A stretch of 64,000 nt of DNA from Paramecium tetraurelia (GCA_000165425.1 CT868318.1:1-64000); one strand, 5' to 3'. Counted from the first letter of the stretch, positions 14,531 to 28,599 are shown. The notes: generated by a model not told the origin, from the sequence alone. Made by a program: numbers and translations.

Positions 14531-15204
14531 ATGGAGAAGAATAAAAAACTTAAAAAAACGAAGGATTCTATTCTAATAAGAAAAAATGGAAAATATTCTG
14601 AAAATGCAGGTGAAGTTGCTCGCTAAAGGTAAATCGTATCAGATATTTAATTCAGATCAATCTACATGTTATTATTAGAATGTGGAATATTAATTACTTA
14701 TTTGATATTTTTAATCTTGTATGTTGCTTAAGGTAAATTCAAGATGCTTTATTTAACCCTTCAAATTGTGATAGTAAATAACTGAATTAAATATTAAGGT
14801 TTCACTTCAAATCCTTTGTAATTTCTTTTCAATACATTCTATGATATTTTTCAAGGAATACATAATTACCAAAAGTTCTAACTTGTACTTAATATTAGTC
14901 AATCTTGTAGAAGCGTCTTAATTTATTGCTTGATGATTGTTCCGTTTGTATTCATGTATTTGGAAGTTGAAAAATTTACAATGCCTATTATTTTATAAAC
15001 AATATTTTTGTCTTGTGATATCATATTATGTTGCTTAGATTAGTATTTAATCAGAATATTTGTGATAGACTTTTTGAAAGAAAAGTAGCGATATAATTTG
15101 AAAGCAGGTAGTATACTTATCTATTTTTAGCTTTGCACAATCGCAAAAGTTTTGAGGATTAATTATAAAAAAGCATAATGAGCAAGTCAGATGATTTCAC
15201 ATGA
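14531..15204 (+). CDS. Small multi-pass membrane protein, hypothetical
   Basis: ATG MEKNKKLKK..., hydrophobic exons separated by tiny GT-AG introns, TGA at 15202. Exon structure uncertain. Confidence 0.55.
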
Positions 15205-15230
15205 GTATATGTTTATTAAAACAAAAGATA

Positions 15231-16445
15231 ATGTTTATTTATTTATAATTAATTTTCACTCTAGCTAGAGCATATATATATGAATATGATGTGACTTCCT
15301 TCTACGAAGATATGATTCAAACCAACATATCATTTTTATGTGAGTCTGGGAGATTAACATTGGATAATGGATTCTATACATACTAGATATTTTTGAAAGA
15401 AAACCATACGGATTATAATTAATTTACAGACACTGATCAATTATGGGTGATGTTAACGAATAATGGTTGCTCCTCAATATTGCATGCATATGATAAATAT
15501 GGTCCATTTACCTTAAAAAATGGTTCATTAGACTTACACCCTTACTCTTATAATAAATTTGTAAGTTTACTTTATATTGATTAACCTTTTGGAGTTGGTT
15601 ATTCTTCAGGGAGTGGTGGAAAGAACGGATTTGCCATAAATATTTTGGAATTCATTCAGGAATTTGTATGGAAAAAAGGAATAAACAACATGAAAATAAT
15701 GCTATATGGAAGAGAATATGTGGCATCATTATTCCCAAAAATAATTGAATATTCTGTTGGATATAAGGTAAACATCGATGGTATCATCCTTGAAAATGCA
15801 TGGGTAAGTCCAATTCATTAGATCGGATACTACGGATCCTTTTTATATTAATTGGGTTTTATAGATGATCAAAGAAGAGATTAAATTTATTATAACACTA
15901 CATAGATTTAGGTATAACTATTGAATTAGAATTTTACGAATATCACTAAACTGAAAGCATTGATAAATCAAAGTCAAAGTGAGTTTGAATTAATAGAAAA
16001 TAATGAAAATAACTATTTAGAGGATATCATAAAATTTATTAATGATCATTCTATCTAATTATATGAAATTGCTTTTGATGCTGAATTTAAATTCTGCAAT
16101 GACGTATAACATGAAGCTGCTCACTCATAACTGCTGAATTCATCTTTAAATGAAATAGAAATGATATTAAATAAATAAAAGAAGGTTATTGTTCTTGCGA
16201 AGCAAATATCATTTACAGTTACAACACCAGGTATTGCGACATGGATTACTTAAATGCGATGGTAACATATTATGAAATGGAGAATGAGCGAGAAAAGATT
16301 TATATAAGAACAAATTTAAGATTAAGGGAAGAATACTACAACAAATAAAACTGTTGGATATATCAAGTAATTTGATAAATTAAAATATATTGTCGCTTAT
16401 GATGAGTAATTTAAATTATTGAAATAAATTATTATTGATAATTGA
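15231..16445 (+). CDS. Secreted serine carboxypeptidase S10-like protein with a degenerate catalytic triad (404 aa)
   Basis: Signal peptide MFIYLQLIFTLARA; NNGCSS...GPF...HPYSYNKFVSLLYIDQPFGVGYS; GREYVA in place of GESYAG. Confidence 0.88.
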
Positions 16446-16461
16446 TTATTTTATAAACTTC

Positions 16462-17475
16462 ATGGGTCCATGCTCAATATTATGTTGCAAAAAAGATGAT
16501 AATTAAGTAGTGGAAAAATAAATAATAACTGAGATTAATCATGCATTAACTACCGAAGATAGAAGAGTGACTGAATATCAAGAGAAAATAACTTCAATTA
16601 TTAAAATATAAGCACATTACAGAGGACATTCTGTAAGGAAAAAAATGATCTAATAAGAAAGTAAATAATTTATCAAGGAAAGTTCGCTCTCAAATAGAAT
16701 TTGTATTATCGAACCATAAAAAGTGGAAGATTAATAATTAATTAAATAAACAGATAGTAAATAAGAGCCTGTAGAATTGCCTTAGATATAAATGGTCGAT
16801 GGAAGCTAGTACAAAGGATAATGGATGAAAGGATAGAGATGGGGTTTTGGGAGACATTAGTGGGCTGATGGTTCTGTATATGAAGGAGAATGGAAACAAA
16901 ATTTCGCTTGGGGAAGAGGTAAACTAATACATGCAGATGGAGATGAATATGAGGGAGAATGGCAAAGAGATCAGGCAGATGGATTTGGTATTTATCTTCA
17001 TTCAAACGGGGCTCGTTATGAAGGATAATGGAAAAATGATTAACAGAGTGGAAAAGGAATAGAAATATGGAAAGACGGTTCTAAATATGATGGAGAATAT
17101 TAGGAAGGTAAAAAACACGGATATGGACATATATTTTTTGCAGATGGGTCATAGTATGTTGGATAGTTTTTTGAAAATTAGATACATGGAGACGGAGAAT
17201 ATACATGGTTAGATGGAAAATCATATAATGGGTAATGGAAGAACAATAAAATGGATGGATATGGTACTATGACTTGGCCAGATGGCAAAAAATATGAAGG
17301 GGAATATACCAATGACCAAAAGCATGGATATGGCACCTTCTACTGGGGAGATGGTCGTTTCTATTCAGGATAATGGTTGAATGGAAAATAGAACGGGGAA
17401 GGAGAGTACACCACAACCACAGGTGAAAATAGAAAAGGCATTTGGGAACAGGGCAAAAGAGTTAAATGGTTATGA
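16462..17475 (+). CDS. IQ-motif and MORN-repeat protein with an N-terminal acylation motif (337 aa)
   Basis: Starts [21 protein letters not shown]; about 10 YxGxWxxxxxxGxG repeats. Confidence 0.95.
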
Positions 17476-17547
17476 AAACATGGATTAGCCAAGAATAATT
17501 TTGATTTGCTTATTTTTTCTAACTAACTGTTTATAAAATATATATTA

Positions 17548-19090
17548 ATGAAGATAAACTCTGCCAGCTAATAAAAACTTGCTCATGCTCGACCATAGTC
17601 TTCACCCTAAAAATAAGGATAGTCCCCCATAAAGAAAAATAAGTATTTAAAATTACAAGAATATTAGATATTTGGTCTCTTCTGGGATATCAACTATTAC
17701 TAAAACTGATAATAAAGTATCAAAATCAACAGCTTTATCTCATGATTTGATTTCTCTTATCAAAAATGGAGCTAACTCTCAAAATACTAATTAGTTATTA
17801 GATAAAAAGCAAAGTTCTCGTAGTAAATTGATTCTTGATATAAATGATGCAAATTTGAAAAAAAATAGACCCAATTCAAGATTATTGATACAAAATATAG
17901 TTAAAAATAAGAAAACAGATTGTAATCTTAAGTATCATGAAAGTTTGATTCAAAAGCAATTCCAAAAATTACTTGGTCTCCAAAAATAGCATAATTAAAC
18001 TCACATATCTCCACCATAAATACATAATAGAGCTATGAGCAATGGAGATCTAAAGCCTACAAGTGATATTGCAAATAAATTAATTGAGTATATAAAGAAA
18101 TAATCTGCCAAATAACTCAAAGGTTACAGGTCAATATCAAATCCTGATATCATATTAACAGATAGAAGACTAATTTAAAAATATGCAGTTAAGTATAATT
18201 CCCATTAAATTTTAATAGAACTTAAGCAGGCTTGCTACATACAAAAAAAGAAAAGGTAAATCAAGATTCATACGCAATTCATGAAAGAATAGGAGATATT
18301 GATAATTCATATTTATTGTAAGTTTCAGATGGTCATGGTATCAAAGGCCATGAAGTTGCATAATTCGTTTAAGAAAGATTACCTACTATATTAGATTAGC
18401 TATTAAAATTACATAAGATGGGAAAGAAGGATTAGGATATGATTATCCAAATGATATTAAAATAAGCGTTTGAAAGAACTACAAAGGAATTATATTAATC
18501 AGGAATTGATATAACTTATAGTGGTGCAACTACCGTCTGCTTATTAATTATTGAGCACACTGGTTGGTGTGCTAATATAGGAGATTCAAGGGCAATTATT
18601 GGCCGGCAGAAAGAAGGACTACATGTGGTTGAATTATCTCACGATTAAAAGCCTGATTTACCGAAAGAAGAGAAAAGAATAATATCAAATGGAGGAAGAG
18701 TTTAAGCATATTCAGATGAAGAAGGAAATCCAATTGGTCCAGCAAGAGTTTGGTTAAAAGATGAAAATGTTCCAGGGTTGGCCATGTCTCGAAGTTTTGG
18801 AGATTATGTCGCTGCTTAAGTAGGTGTAATCTCAATTCCAGAAATAATTAAACATACATTTTAAAATGACAAATTTCTTATAATTGCATCCGATGGAATT
18901 TGGGAGTATTTATAATATATATGATAGATTTCTCGATAATCAATGGGTTATAGATATAGTGTACAGTTACTATCTGAAAAATGATGCAGAGGGAGCCGTA
19001 GAGAGGTTAGTGATAGAGGCTACTGAAGCTTGGAAAAAGGAGGATGAAGTCATAGATGATATCACTTGCATTGTTGCATTTTTAAATTGA
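17548..19090 (+). CDS. Protein phosphatase 2C (PPM family)
   Basis: NQDS, VSDGHG, SGATT, ANIGDSRA, GPARVWLK..PGLAMSRSFGD, ASDGIWE and DDITCIV. Confidence 0.96.
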
Positions 19091-19296
19091 ATTAAAATAG
19101 TAATCTTACTATATAAACAATTGTTAATTATTCTTTTCAATTATTTATCTACTATTTTACTATTATCAATTATGTTCTAATCTGTAATAGTGATGATAAT
19201 AAGGAATATTATAATTAAATAATATGGATAGTTAATTCTGCGTAATTTTTCCAATTGTAATTAAAGGGTGACAACAAAGCAATATGTTTACTTACC

Positions 19297-20308
19297 ATGA
19301 CGGAATCTTTGATTTACATGAGCATTTTCCTCTATTAGTATAAACTAATGAGTTCGGCCTGGATAGATATGAAAGTAAAGGAAACTTATCATACATCATA
19401 TACTTTGAGATATAAATTTGTTTGGGTTCTACTGGTGATAGTGACCTTAATATTGGAAGGTGTCTTGAATCGATCTACTCCATATGTCATTATGATCCCT
19501 ATTGGATGTCAATTCATAGTTTATGTAATTATAATCAGTTAGATTAGTGTACGATGATGAAAATTTTATATGATGACAATAAGTATTTTAACTAGAGTAG
19601 AAAACAATTCAGGAGATTTGTTCGTTATCCATTTTTATTTTAGATATTGTAAACTTTAAATATGATTCTGCTTGGAAACACAGTATGGATTAATCTAATT
19701 TAAATTTTTCTTCTTTTTTCTTTTTATGAATACCTTGTAGATAAAGCATGTAATTTATAAGTAAAAGATCTAAGAAAACATATTGACAATTGTGAGAAAC
19801 TAAACATCATATGCAATTCAAATGTTAATTTGAATCAGCACATGAATAACAAATAATTTTTGGATGACTCCCCTAATTTACAACATACACTATTGTAGTA
19901 ATCAAACGCTGTGAGAGATACTCCTTAATTTGATAATTTTGGCACTGATATTGAAAGTGATTCAGGAAATGAAGACCATACAATTAGAGTATCCTTTAGC
20001 AAAAAGTCTGAGATAGGAAATATCACTATTAATAATTTAGATAATGAGAAATATGAGATCAATTACTAATACAAAGAAAAGTAAAAGCATAAGGTCGTGG
20101 AAGTTTCAGAAATGAACAAATTCATGCAATTACTAAATTTGAATGAGTTTTCTTAGATTTGGAATGACTAAAATAGACTGAACTATTTTATTCAGTATTT
20201 AGAATCAAAAAACAATCAAATGTAATTTAATATTGTATTGTTAGATGGTGTGAAAACTTTTCAAGATAAGAAATTATTGATACATTTATGCCTAAATCAT
20301 CACAGTGA
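19297..20308 (+). CDS. Hypothetical membrane protein (start uncertain)
   Basis: Hydrophobic segments (FVWVLLVIVTLILEG), then a soluble C-terminus. The 23-nt intron 20222-20244 leads to TGA at 20306-20308. Confidence 0.6.
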
Positions 20309-21723
20309 CTCTCTAAATTTATTTACCAACGCTTTAATTTATTCTATAGATTTATCATTTTATTTTGGCAAGATATCCTTCTTTTCTTTTTTCTCAAAGG
20401 TTTGGATATTAAAAGTATTCAGATTTCTTAATTATTCAAATAAACGAGAAAACTCATGAAGTAATATTTGCACTTCAGTGTCTTCCTTTATTAAAATATC
20501 ATCTGCCTATATCTTGTTTATTATTCGTATTTAAAATATATTGCTTATGATCTTATCAATTTTATAAGTGACTTATTTAATAGGATTAGTAATATCTCTA
20601 GTAAACAAATTAACTCTATTTATTATGATTAAAATATTAATGAAAAAAATAACAATTGTAATTAAATAATAAGGCCATGCCAAACTAAATAAATTTAAGG
20701 CATTAGCAGAATCATCTATTCTTTATTTGTATATTACTAAATAGATTTTTATCTAACTATTAGTTGAAATATCTCTAACGTATAAAGAATTACATGAACC
20801 ACTGGAATAGTAATTATTATCTCCACTTGGCATTTCGCAATCAAAACTGATATTCAAAATTCTATTCATCTAACACTCACATTAACCATTTACGCTTTAA
20901 AAATTTGAAACATAAAAGGAGTTATCAGTTTTAAATATTTTTATAAAAAATGAAGACTCCAAATTTTACAATATTTACCCAATTACACTTGTATTACCAA
21001 TTCCTAAAACCATCCCATAACTTGTTGGATATGAAAATATTATTGTCTCATTACTGTATAAGATTTATTACTATTATTCCAATTAAAGATAGCTTTCATT
21101 CATATTTTCTATCACTGGAAAGTAATGAATAATGTTATTTATCTTATTTATGAGGTAGTATTGATGAAAAAATATAATCATATCATCATAATTAAACATC
21201 ATCTCTAAAATGTATTTATCTATTTGTGCTAACTTTATTGTTTACTACCATCCTTCCTAATCCATTTATTCTGTGGCCTTATATAATGATCTATATAAAG
21301 ATATATTGTTTTGGTTCAATTTGTGTTATATTATGTATTTCTCAGTGAATGTGTCATTTGAAATAGTAAAATTATTGAATGAAATTGGTTGATAAACTAA
21401 ATTTGTTGTTTCCTTCTCAGATAAATAGGCAAGCAAAATCAATTGCTTATAATAGCCATCGACCTTTGTTAAAATAGTATTAGTCAACTTTTGGCTATAA
21501 TCTAAATCTTCTGTCATATTGAATCTTACTTTATTTTCAGAACGTCCTATGTAACCAAACAAAATTCCTAGCATCATTACGACTTTATAGTGTTGTTATG
21601 CTTACACACAACTGACTTTAGCATTATCAATTTAAGCATCAGTCTACCATTTATCTAATTGAAAAACTTAATCCACAACTCATGTGAAACCAATTCTTTT
21701 AACTTTTCTACAATTTTTAACAT
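20300..21723 (-). CDS. Two-TM receptor-like protein with an extracytoplasmic domain and HAMP-like segment (466 aa)
   Basis: One 23-nt intron completes TM1 (LIMLKSVVFVMMLGILFGYIG). TM2 (AWPYYLITIVIFFINILIII) is followed by ITNPIKQVTYKI...DTEVQILLHEFSRL. Confidence 0.75.
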
Positions 21724-22084
21724 AAATTTATTATTTTTAATATAAAATTAGTAAGTGATGGATATTTATCATTGCTCTAAATTAATTGATAATATAAAAT
21801 AAATTAAAGAAAAGTTAGTAATTATCTAAAATTGAAGAATATGCAAAATATTATTATATTTTTATTAGCTTGTAATTAATAGATTTATTAATAAAACACT
21901 TAATATTACCAAAATGTTTGTTCTTAATATGAATTTTGCAATTATCTAATATATATAACAATTACAGAAATACTTAAGTCTACAAATGTAAAATGGTAAA
22001 TTGTTCTCATTTATCTATGAGTATAAAGATCACTTTATAGGTAATTATTGTTATGACTTTTGATCAAAATTAAATATACAATAT

Positions 22085-22750
22085 ATGGACTTATAATATG
22101 AGGAGGGAGAGATCTTCGCTTAAAAAAGTGATAAATTGGAAGGTGTAGATAGCGAATCCTCATTGCGTTCACTTGTAAGAATTTCTTAACAACTTAGAGT
22201 GATACTAATAGAGAAGAAAGAGTGCACAAGACTATAAAGGATGAGTTAAGCTCAGTTTCTTATGTTTGTCCCATTTTCAATTTCATTGGCCGTTGCACTT
22301 AAGTTGAATGCAAGTAAGAAATATATATATTGTGAAAGAAAGAGACATATGTTTATTTAAGATGGATTGGATGAATTAATAACTGAGTATCAAACATTAC
22401 TGGATGTCCTGGTGAGAAATGGAGAAAAAGTTAGAGTTCCTTATGAGAATGTTCTCAAAAATGAAAGTAAAACTACAAGGCATTAAATTCTTAAACCAAA
22501 GGTGATATCCAATTATACTCAGGGATTTTGTGAAAAAAACAAAAGAACATTAATTCAAAAGTTGAGAAAGGATATTGATAAAATGCAAAGCAAACTTAAG
22601 ATTATAAACTATTTGAAGAAATGGACTTAGCATAAGTTTGTAGATGAGAGTGATTTTACAGAATTGTATTACTCACTCAACCCTACATAGCAAATACATT
22701 TTATGAATATTTTTAGAGTTCTTGAGTTATAACCACCCTCATTTCAATGA
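22085..22750 (+). CDS. CCCH zinc-finger protein
   Basis: After two tiny introns the frame reads CPIFNFIGRCTQVECKKRH (C-x8-C-x4-C-x3-H). Confidence 0.75.
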
Positions 22751-24509
22751 TCATAAAATTTAGAAATATTTTTCTTTATATTTAGGTCTGTTTTCCATTG
22801 GAAAATTAGGGATTGTTGATAATTGGAACAACATTTCTTTCAATTCTTATTCGCACTCATCTCTAAATTTGTTAAGTTCTTCCACAAATATATTTTCAGA
22901 TCTTAATTTCATCTTAATATCTAATTGTTTATCCCAGATAAATGTTAATAATCTACATTCAAAATAAGAATTTACTTTTTTTCTTGTTCAATATCTACAA
23001 ATAAGTCTCTCTCATGTTCAATAACTGTTTTTCTACATTGATTCCATTTGACAACCAAAGGAGTTAAATCACTATTATTAAGAGTACCCTCAACAATCTT
23101 ATATTTTTCCAAAATTGGAAAGGTTATTTTCTTTTATATTTATACAACACTCTAAATAAGTATTAAATTCTTACATGTTTTGCTCCACCTAAGTATTCTA
23201 ATATTTCTTCATTACTAAACATTCCCCATTTTTTCAATGGGTCCTTTATTGTTTTTACTGAATTTAAACAAGACTTAAAGAATTCTGGATCTTGCAATTT
23301 CTTGATTAGAAAAGTTTCTAACTTTTTTTATGGATCCTCTTCTTTCTTTTATAAAACTACACATTCTTAACCTGCATAAAAGACTTTTTCAGCTTCATCT
23401 TCATTTAGAGTATACCAACATTAAAATGCATTTGTCCAAAATTATTCTAGTTGTTTTTCAGTTTTTTAAATGATTGCCTCAGGTTTTTATTTCTTTTACT
23501 TGGCTGATTGTTTGACTTGTAATTTATTATTAGCCAATCTTTCTAGATTGCTCAATTAATTATTAAGTAATTAATCCCTATCCATTTTTTCCTTTATCTA
23601 TTCTTTTTCATAATATCTCTTCTATTACGAAAGTTTCTTAATAAAATCATTTTCATGCTTGACTCCAATCTAAAATAAACGATTTAATTACAAAAACTCC
23701 ATTATAATCAACCATAAACTCCACCTCGTTAAATTTAAGTTATTAAACATCCCCTGTTTCTGTATTATATATGTCTACATCTCTTAATTTAAATTCGAAT
23801 ACACCCATTTGTGCATTATTTTTCCAAGATAATATAGAGTTTACATAATTATCAAATGGTTATGTCACTGCCAACTTTTAGGTTTTGTATTAATAGTTAT
23901 ATTTAAAGGTTACTGAAACCATGTATACTTAACCTTAAGCTGGCCAATCAAAAGATCTCTTAATTTTTTATTTTAATTTCCATATTTTTTATTCAGCAAC
24001 CTTAATTTTCTACTCATCTAGTGCCTATTTTTAAGCTCTGATAATATTTTACACATACATTCAGTATTAGTTTGATTAATTGGAGACAATTCATCACTTT
24101 CCAATTGTCTCTCCAATTCTTTAATATCATTTTGATTTAATCCATTTACAAATTGATCATAAGATAGATCCAAACTGTTATTATTTTGCTAACTTGATTA
24201 AATAACAAATTTCTAAGATTTTTTTTTTGGTTATTCTATCTTTTTTTATGGAAGTTATATTTTCTATTAACCCTCCAACTTAGAATTTCTTTGCTTTTCA
24301 GCTTATCTCTTATTTGCTGCCTCTCTAAATAATATTAACTAATATGAGTACCTATCGATATTATCATCAGGTTTAATTCCAACAGCCTCTATTTTCGCTT
24401 ATTGCCCGTAATCTGGAGATTTAGGCCGTTTATAGACTGGAATTTAATCTTCAAGCTAAGCTTCGTTAGATTTCGGAGGATCTGGTTTTTTAGAAGGCTT
24501 AGAACCCAT
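22751..24509 (-). CDS. Hypothetical N-myristoylated protein (coiled coil, possible C2-like beta domain)
   Basis: Starts MGSKPSKKPDPP; code-6 frames with tiny introns; ends ENRPKYKEKYFQIL-TGA. Confidence 0.7.
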
Positions 24510-24675
24510 GTTGCAATATAAATAAATAGTAATTTTATTATACTAATTAAGTAATAATGAAATTGAAATAGTAACAACAAACCTAACTCTTTCTAGATAT
24601 CGAAGGAATTAACTTATTCTAATTTTTCCTACTATAGTTTATCTTTGTAATTGAATCAATTATGATGTATTAAGA

Positions 24676-26294
24676 TCAATTTAAAGAAATAATTGTAGAT
24701 TCTGTAATTATTTCAGGTTTAACTTTATTTCCTTAAAGCTCAAGCAACTATTCTTTATTTTTCTCTTCCAAACAATATAACCAAATTATGTATAAATCAC
24801 ATTTGGAAGGAGCAATCGATGTATTTAAAAGAATTAATATAATGTTTTCTATAAATAAAATTGAATAATTCATGAAATCCAATCATGATAACTTTAAACA
24901 ACTTCACTCACTTCAAAGTTACTCAATAATTCATCATCAAATAAATCGTGATTGAGCAATTAACAAAAGGTTAATCTTTACTAAATGACCCCCTCTATGA
25001 TGGATATATAAATAAACAAGTACTTTTATAAAGCTAATGGTCTTCCTCAGCATTAAATAAACCTTGTAATAGATTTTTCCAATCCAAATACTTTCCCAAT
25101 TTTCCAACATCTGCCCTTTTCACTAATGAATTATTTTTTTTATTTACTTCCCAATGCAGACATAATTATTTAGGCAAAGTTTTCTAATAAAGTTGCTTCT
25201 AAGTTTTAATCATCTTCTCTTAATTCTGAAAACTTAACATTTCTTAAATAAATTTAGACACCATCATTCCCAACTTAGATATTTGCTAGTGTTATTGGTA
25301 AAACAGGATGAAATCTAGTCATTCTTAATATATCATATAAACCACCGAAAACTTATCTCATAGTAGTTCTAAAAAATAAGTAATCAGGAGTCAGCGGTTT
25401 TTTAGATTGTTTTAGTAAATATTTTAAAGTATGTCCTCTCTTCAATTCCATAAAATGCTAAAAGTTATTTTCATCTGATAACAAATCTTATCCCAAATAC
25501 TTTGGGAAAAACTAAGACAAAATCAATTCGTGATGAGCTTCAAATGTGTTCAATAATTCACATTATTCTTGTTATCTCCACATGCATCTAATGTAATATT
25601 TGATTTTACTTTGGTATTAGCCATACTTCTACAGGAGCATCGTTCATGTGATCATAACCAACTTAAACTTTTATTGATCCTTATTTCAATATCTTAATTG
25701 CTTAGTTACGGTATTGAACAGATTTCACTCTGATTTTAGCATATTCTCGGTCTATCTTATCTCGATTACTACTTAAGAACTCCAAAGGATTCTTGGATAA
25801 CAGTCATACAATACAGATTCAATTATTGAAAAAGATTTCACAACACTTTTCAGGGATTGTATGGGTTAGTTTACAATAATAACATCCGTTGCAAAATCAT
25901 CGAATTCATTCTTAAAGTCTTGAAATTCTTTCTCGATTTCTTCATATGTTTTTGTTGTGTATTTCATATCCTCAACTGAAAATGTTTGATAATTCCAGTT
26001 TTTTAATGTTGTCCTGCAATCATTTACTTAGTTATAAAGTTTGTCTAATTCTCTTGACATTTCTTACAATGCAGGTACAATATTAGCATTTGCAAAGATT
26101 TTCTTAAGATTCTCAAACACTAAAGGAAAGTAAATCACGCTATCTTTAATCTTAAGCATATCGTTGGGATCAAATAATTGGTTCACATATAAAAATTCTA
26201 AAAATCCATGCCACTGTTTGAGATCATCGATGCAGCCATTTTTTGTATACTTGTTAAATAGCTTCTCCAAAAGCACTAAATTAAAACAATCCAT
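24676..26294 (-). CDS. Hypothetical protein with a pseudokinase-like segment (~531 aa)
   Basis: One 23-nt intron gives an exact codon count. FPKYLG..FMELKRGHTLKYLL..QVFGGLYDIL..ITLANIQV resembles kinase subdomains IV-VII but has no HRD or DFG. Confidence 0.65.
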
Positions 26295-26794
26295 AATAAT
26301 ATTTTTTATAATAAAAAGTGAATATAAAAAATTCAAAATTTTTTCTAGTTTTTTACTCTATCATTATTAAAAATAGAGTAAATGTTGGCTGAATTACTTC
26401 GAAGTGGTTAGAACTTAGTAGAACTAGTTGTTATTTAGGATTATTTATCACAGAGTCTAAAATTTTAATTTGTTGTTTGTTATTAAAATATTCTAATTGA
26501 AGGCTTACGTTCAATTACATTATCATAATTAGTAATATTTTTTTTTTCAGGGAACAACATTATAGTCTTAAATTAGAGTGATGCTTACTTTTTTAATTTA
26601 TGGATTCTCCTCATTTTATCTCTATGGTTATTAGCATTAGCTATCTTCGAAATGCTTTCTTCCAGTTTTGGCTGGTTATGGTATATTTTCTTTATTGAAC
26701 ATTTTTTTCTTATTCAACTTCAACTCTGATTATAATGTGGTTCTTCTCATTCGTTAATATTAAATAATTAATAATAAATAAATATAGAAAGAAT

Positions 26795-28441
26795 ATGAAC
26801 AAAGATTACAAATAATTAGCTATTTAGTATCATTTGGCTTTCATGAATCTTAAACAAAGAATTGATTTATCTCAAAGGGCATACAATGTATACATCCATA
26901 TTGAATTAGACTCTTGATTATAAGGTGTAATTGGAATTATTATATCAATAAAAACTAAAATCAATTATAGACAAATATGAGGACCACAAATACGATGAAG
27001 TGTTTTAATATATTATTACAAACTGCTCAAATAAGTACCAAGTCTAGGAATCATTGATAACAGATTTGAAACGAGCAAGAGAGGAATTCTCAAATCACAT
27101 AAATACCTATTAATTATAATTGAACAATCTACATGACAAAAAAGAGAAGTAAACTAATAATTGAATTAGATCTATTAATAAATTGAAGACTGCTTAATAG
27201 AAGTTGGCATAAAGCCAATCCTTTTATGTGTCTATCACTAAGGTATTCGAAAGAAATGTGTTAACTATAGAATTGGTGAATGACAACGTTGATTAAAAGT
27301 TGGGACACATGAAAACAATTTAAGATCTTATGAAAAACAAGGAGAATACATTTGGAAATTACAAAATAGCTGTAGACAAATACAATTAATAATATAATGA
27401 AATCTTGCCTGAATTGGAATTGTATGTCAATCAAATTAAAGAACTTGAATAAAATGTGGCTGAATGCGTAAGATAATTGTTTCAAAAAATTGCATTGGCT
27501 GAGGTTTCAGCTTTAAGAAACAGGTATTTATTAAAATAACTTCAGGCAATATGATTTAGATTAGGTCATTAAATATTTGGATAAAGTCGACTTTACAAAG
27601 ATTAATACAGTCTTTAAATTTACTGAAGAATCTTTTTCACTTGCAAAAGTTGAATAAATTTAAACATTCTCTACTAAAATTGTGACCAGTTATCTTCATA
27701 AATTTAATTTGATTGCCTAGGAGGAGAAAAATTAACCTGAATAAGAATAATAATTACAATAGTAGTAGGAGGAAACTCTATCAGAAGAATAAAAATAGAA
27801 AATAGAAGAATTTTCAGTAGCGCTATTAAATAAATAAGAGTTATAGGAAAAATTGATCAGTTCTATTGAATAAAGCATAAATCAGAATAATGCTCATTTA
27901 GTTTTGGACTCATTATCTCTACGTATAAAGTAATATTATTGTTTATCATAGAGCTCCAATATAGATTGGAAAACGTAACCATTTATTAATTTAATCATTA
28001 TTTAATAAATTATTGGAATGCATTCCAAAAGAAGGTTTTAATGTATAAAAGATTCAAAAGCTATCTACTTTTATTTACACATAATAAGAGGAAGCAGTTT
28101 CAATATTTTCGGTTTTGTGCTAGAATCCTATTTTTTCAAAAAAAACTGATTATTGGGAATGGCTAATATTCTGGTAGGTAAACCAAACATGTGAAGGAGT
28201 CGAGGAATCTGATAGATCATTGATCATATTCCAATAATTCTAAAATACTGTTTAATAGATGGTTTAAGCAAAAATTCCTGTTGCAATCATAAACACCTTC
28301 ACTTCAGATTTAGCTCAATTTTATGGATTAAAAGCCCAATAAATCGAAGAGCTTAAGAAATTATTATCTAGATTTATTCTAGCATCATAATCAAATCCAA
28401 ACTCGAAGCTGTAAATTCAGTCTTTTGATTCAGTAGAATGA
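26795..28441 (+). CDS. Coiled-coil (F-BAR-like) protein with a helical C-terminal domain, hypothetical
   Basis: MNKDYKQLAIQYH..., heptad-rich, several tiny introns; C-terminal LSTFIY...NPIFSKKTDYWEW; TGA at 28439. Confidence 0.65.
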
Positions 28442-28599
28442 AGTTATTAAATTATAATAAGTCGTACATTAACAACCGCGATTAATTGCCATTAGTATTT
28501 TAATATACATTCATATATTTAGACTTTTGGTTAATTAAAAGTAGGAATTATTAACAAATTTTATTATTATTTAATTTTTAATAATAATTATATATTAAA

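Noticed and set aside
16790..17460. Periodic repeats resembling an array or CRISPR
   Set aside because: They are protein-level MORN repeats in a eukaryotic gene.
24509..24720. Open frame linking the pseudokinase-like gene to the downstream MGSKPS gene
   Set aside because: It is not the upstream gene's frame, which stops at 24676, and the downstream gene has its own myristoylation-type start.
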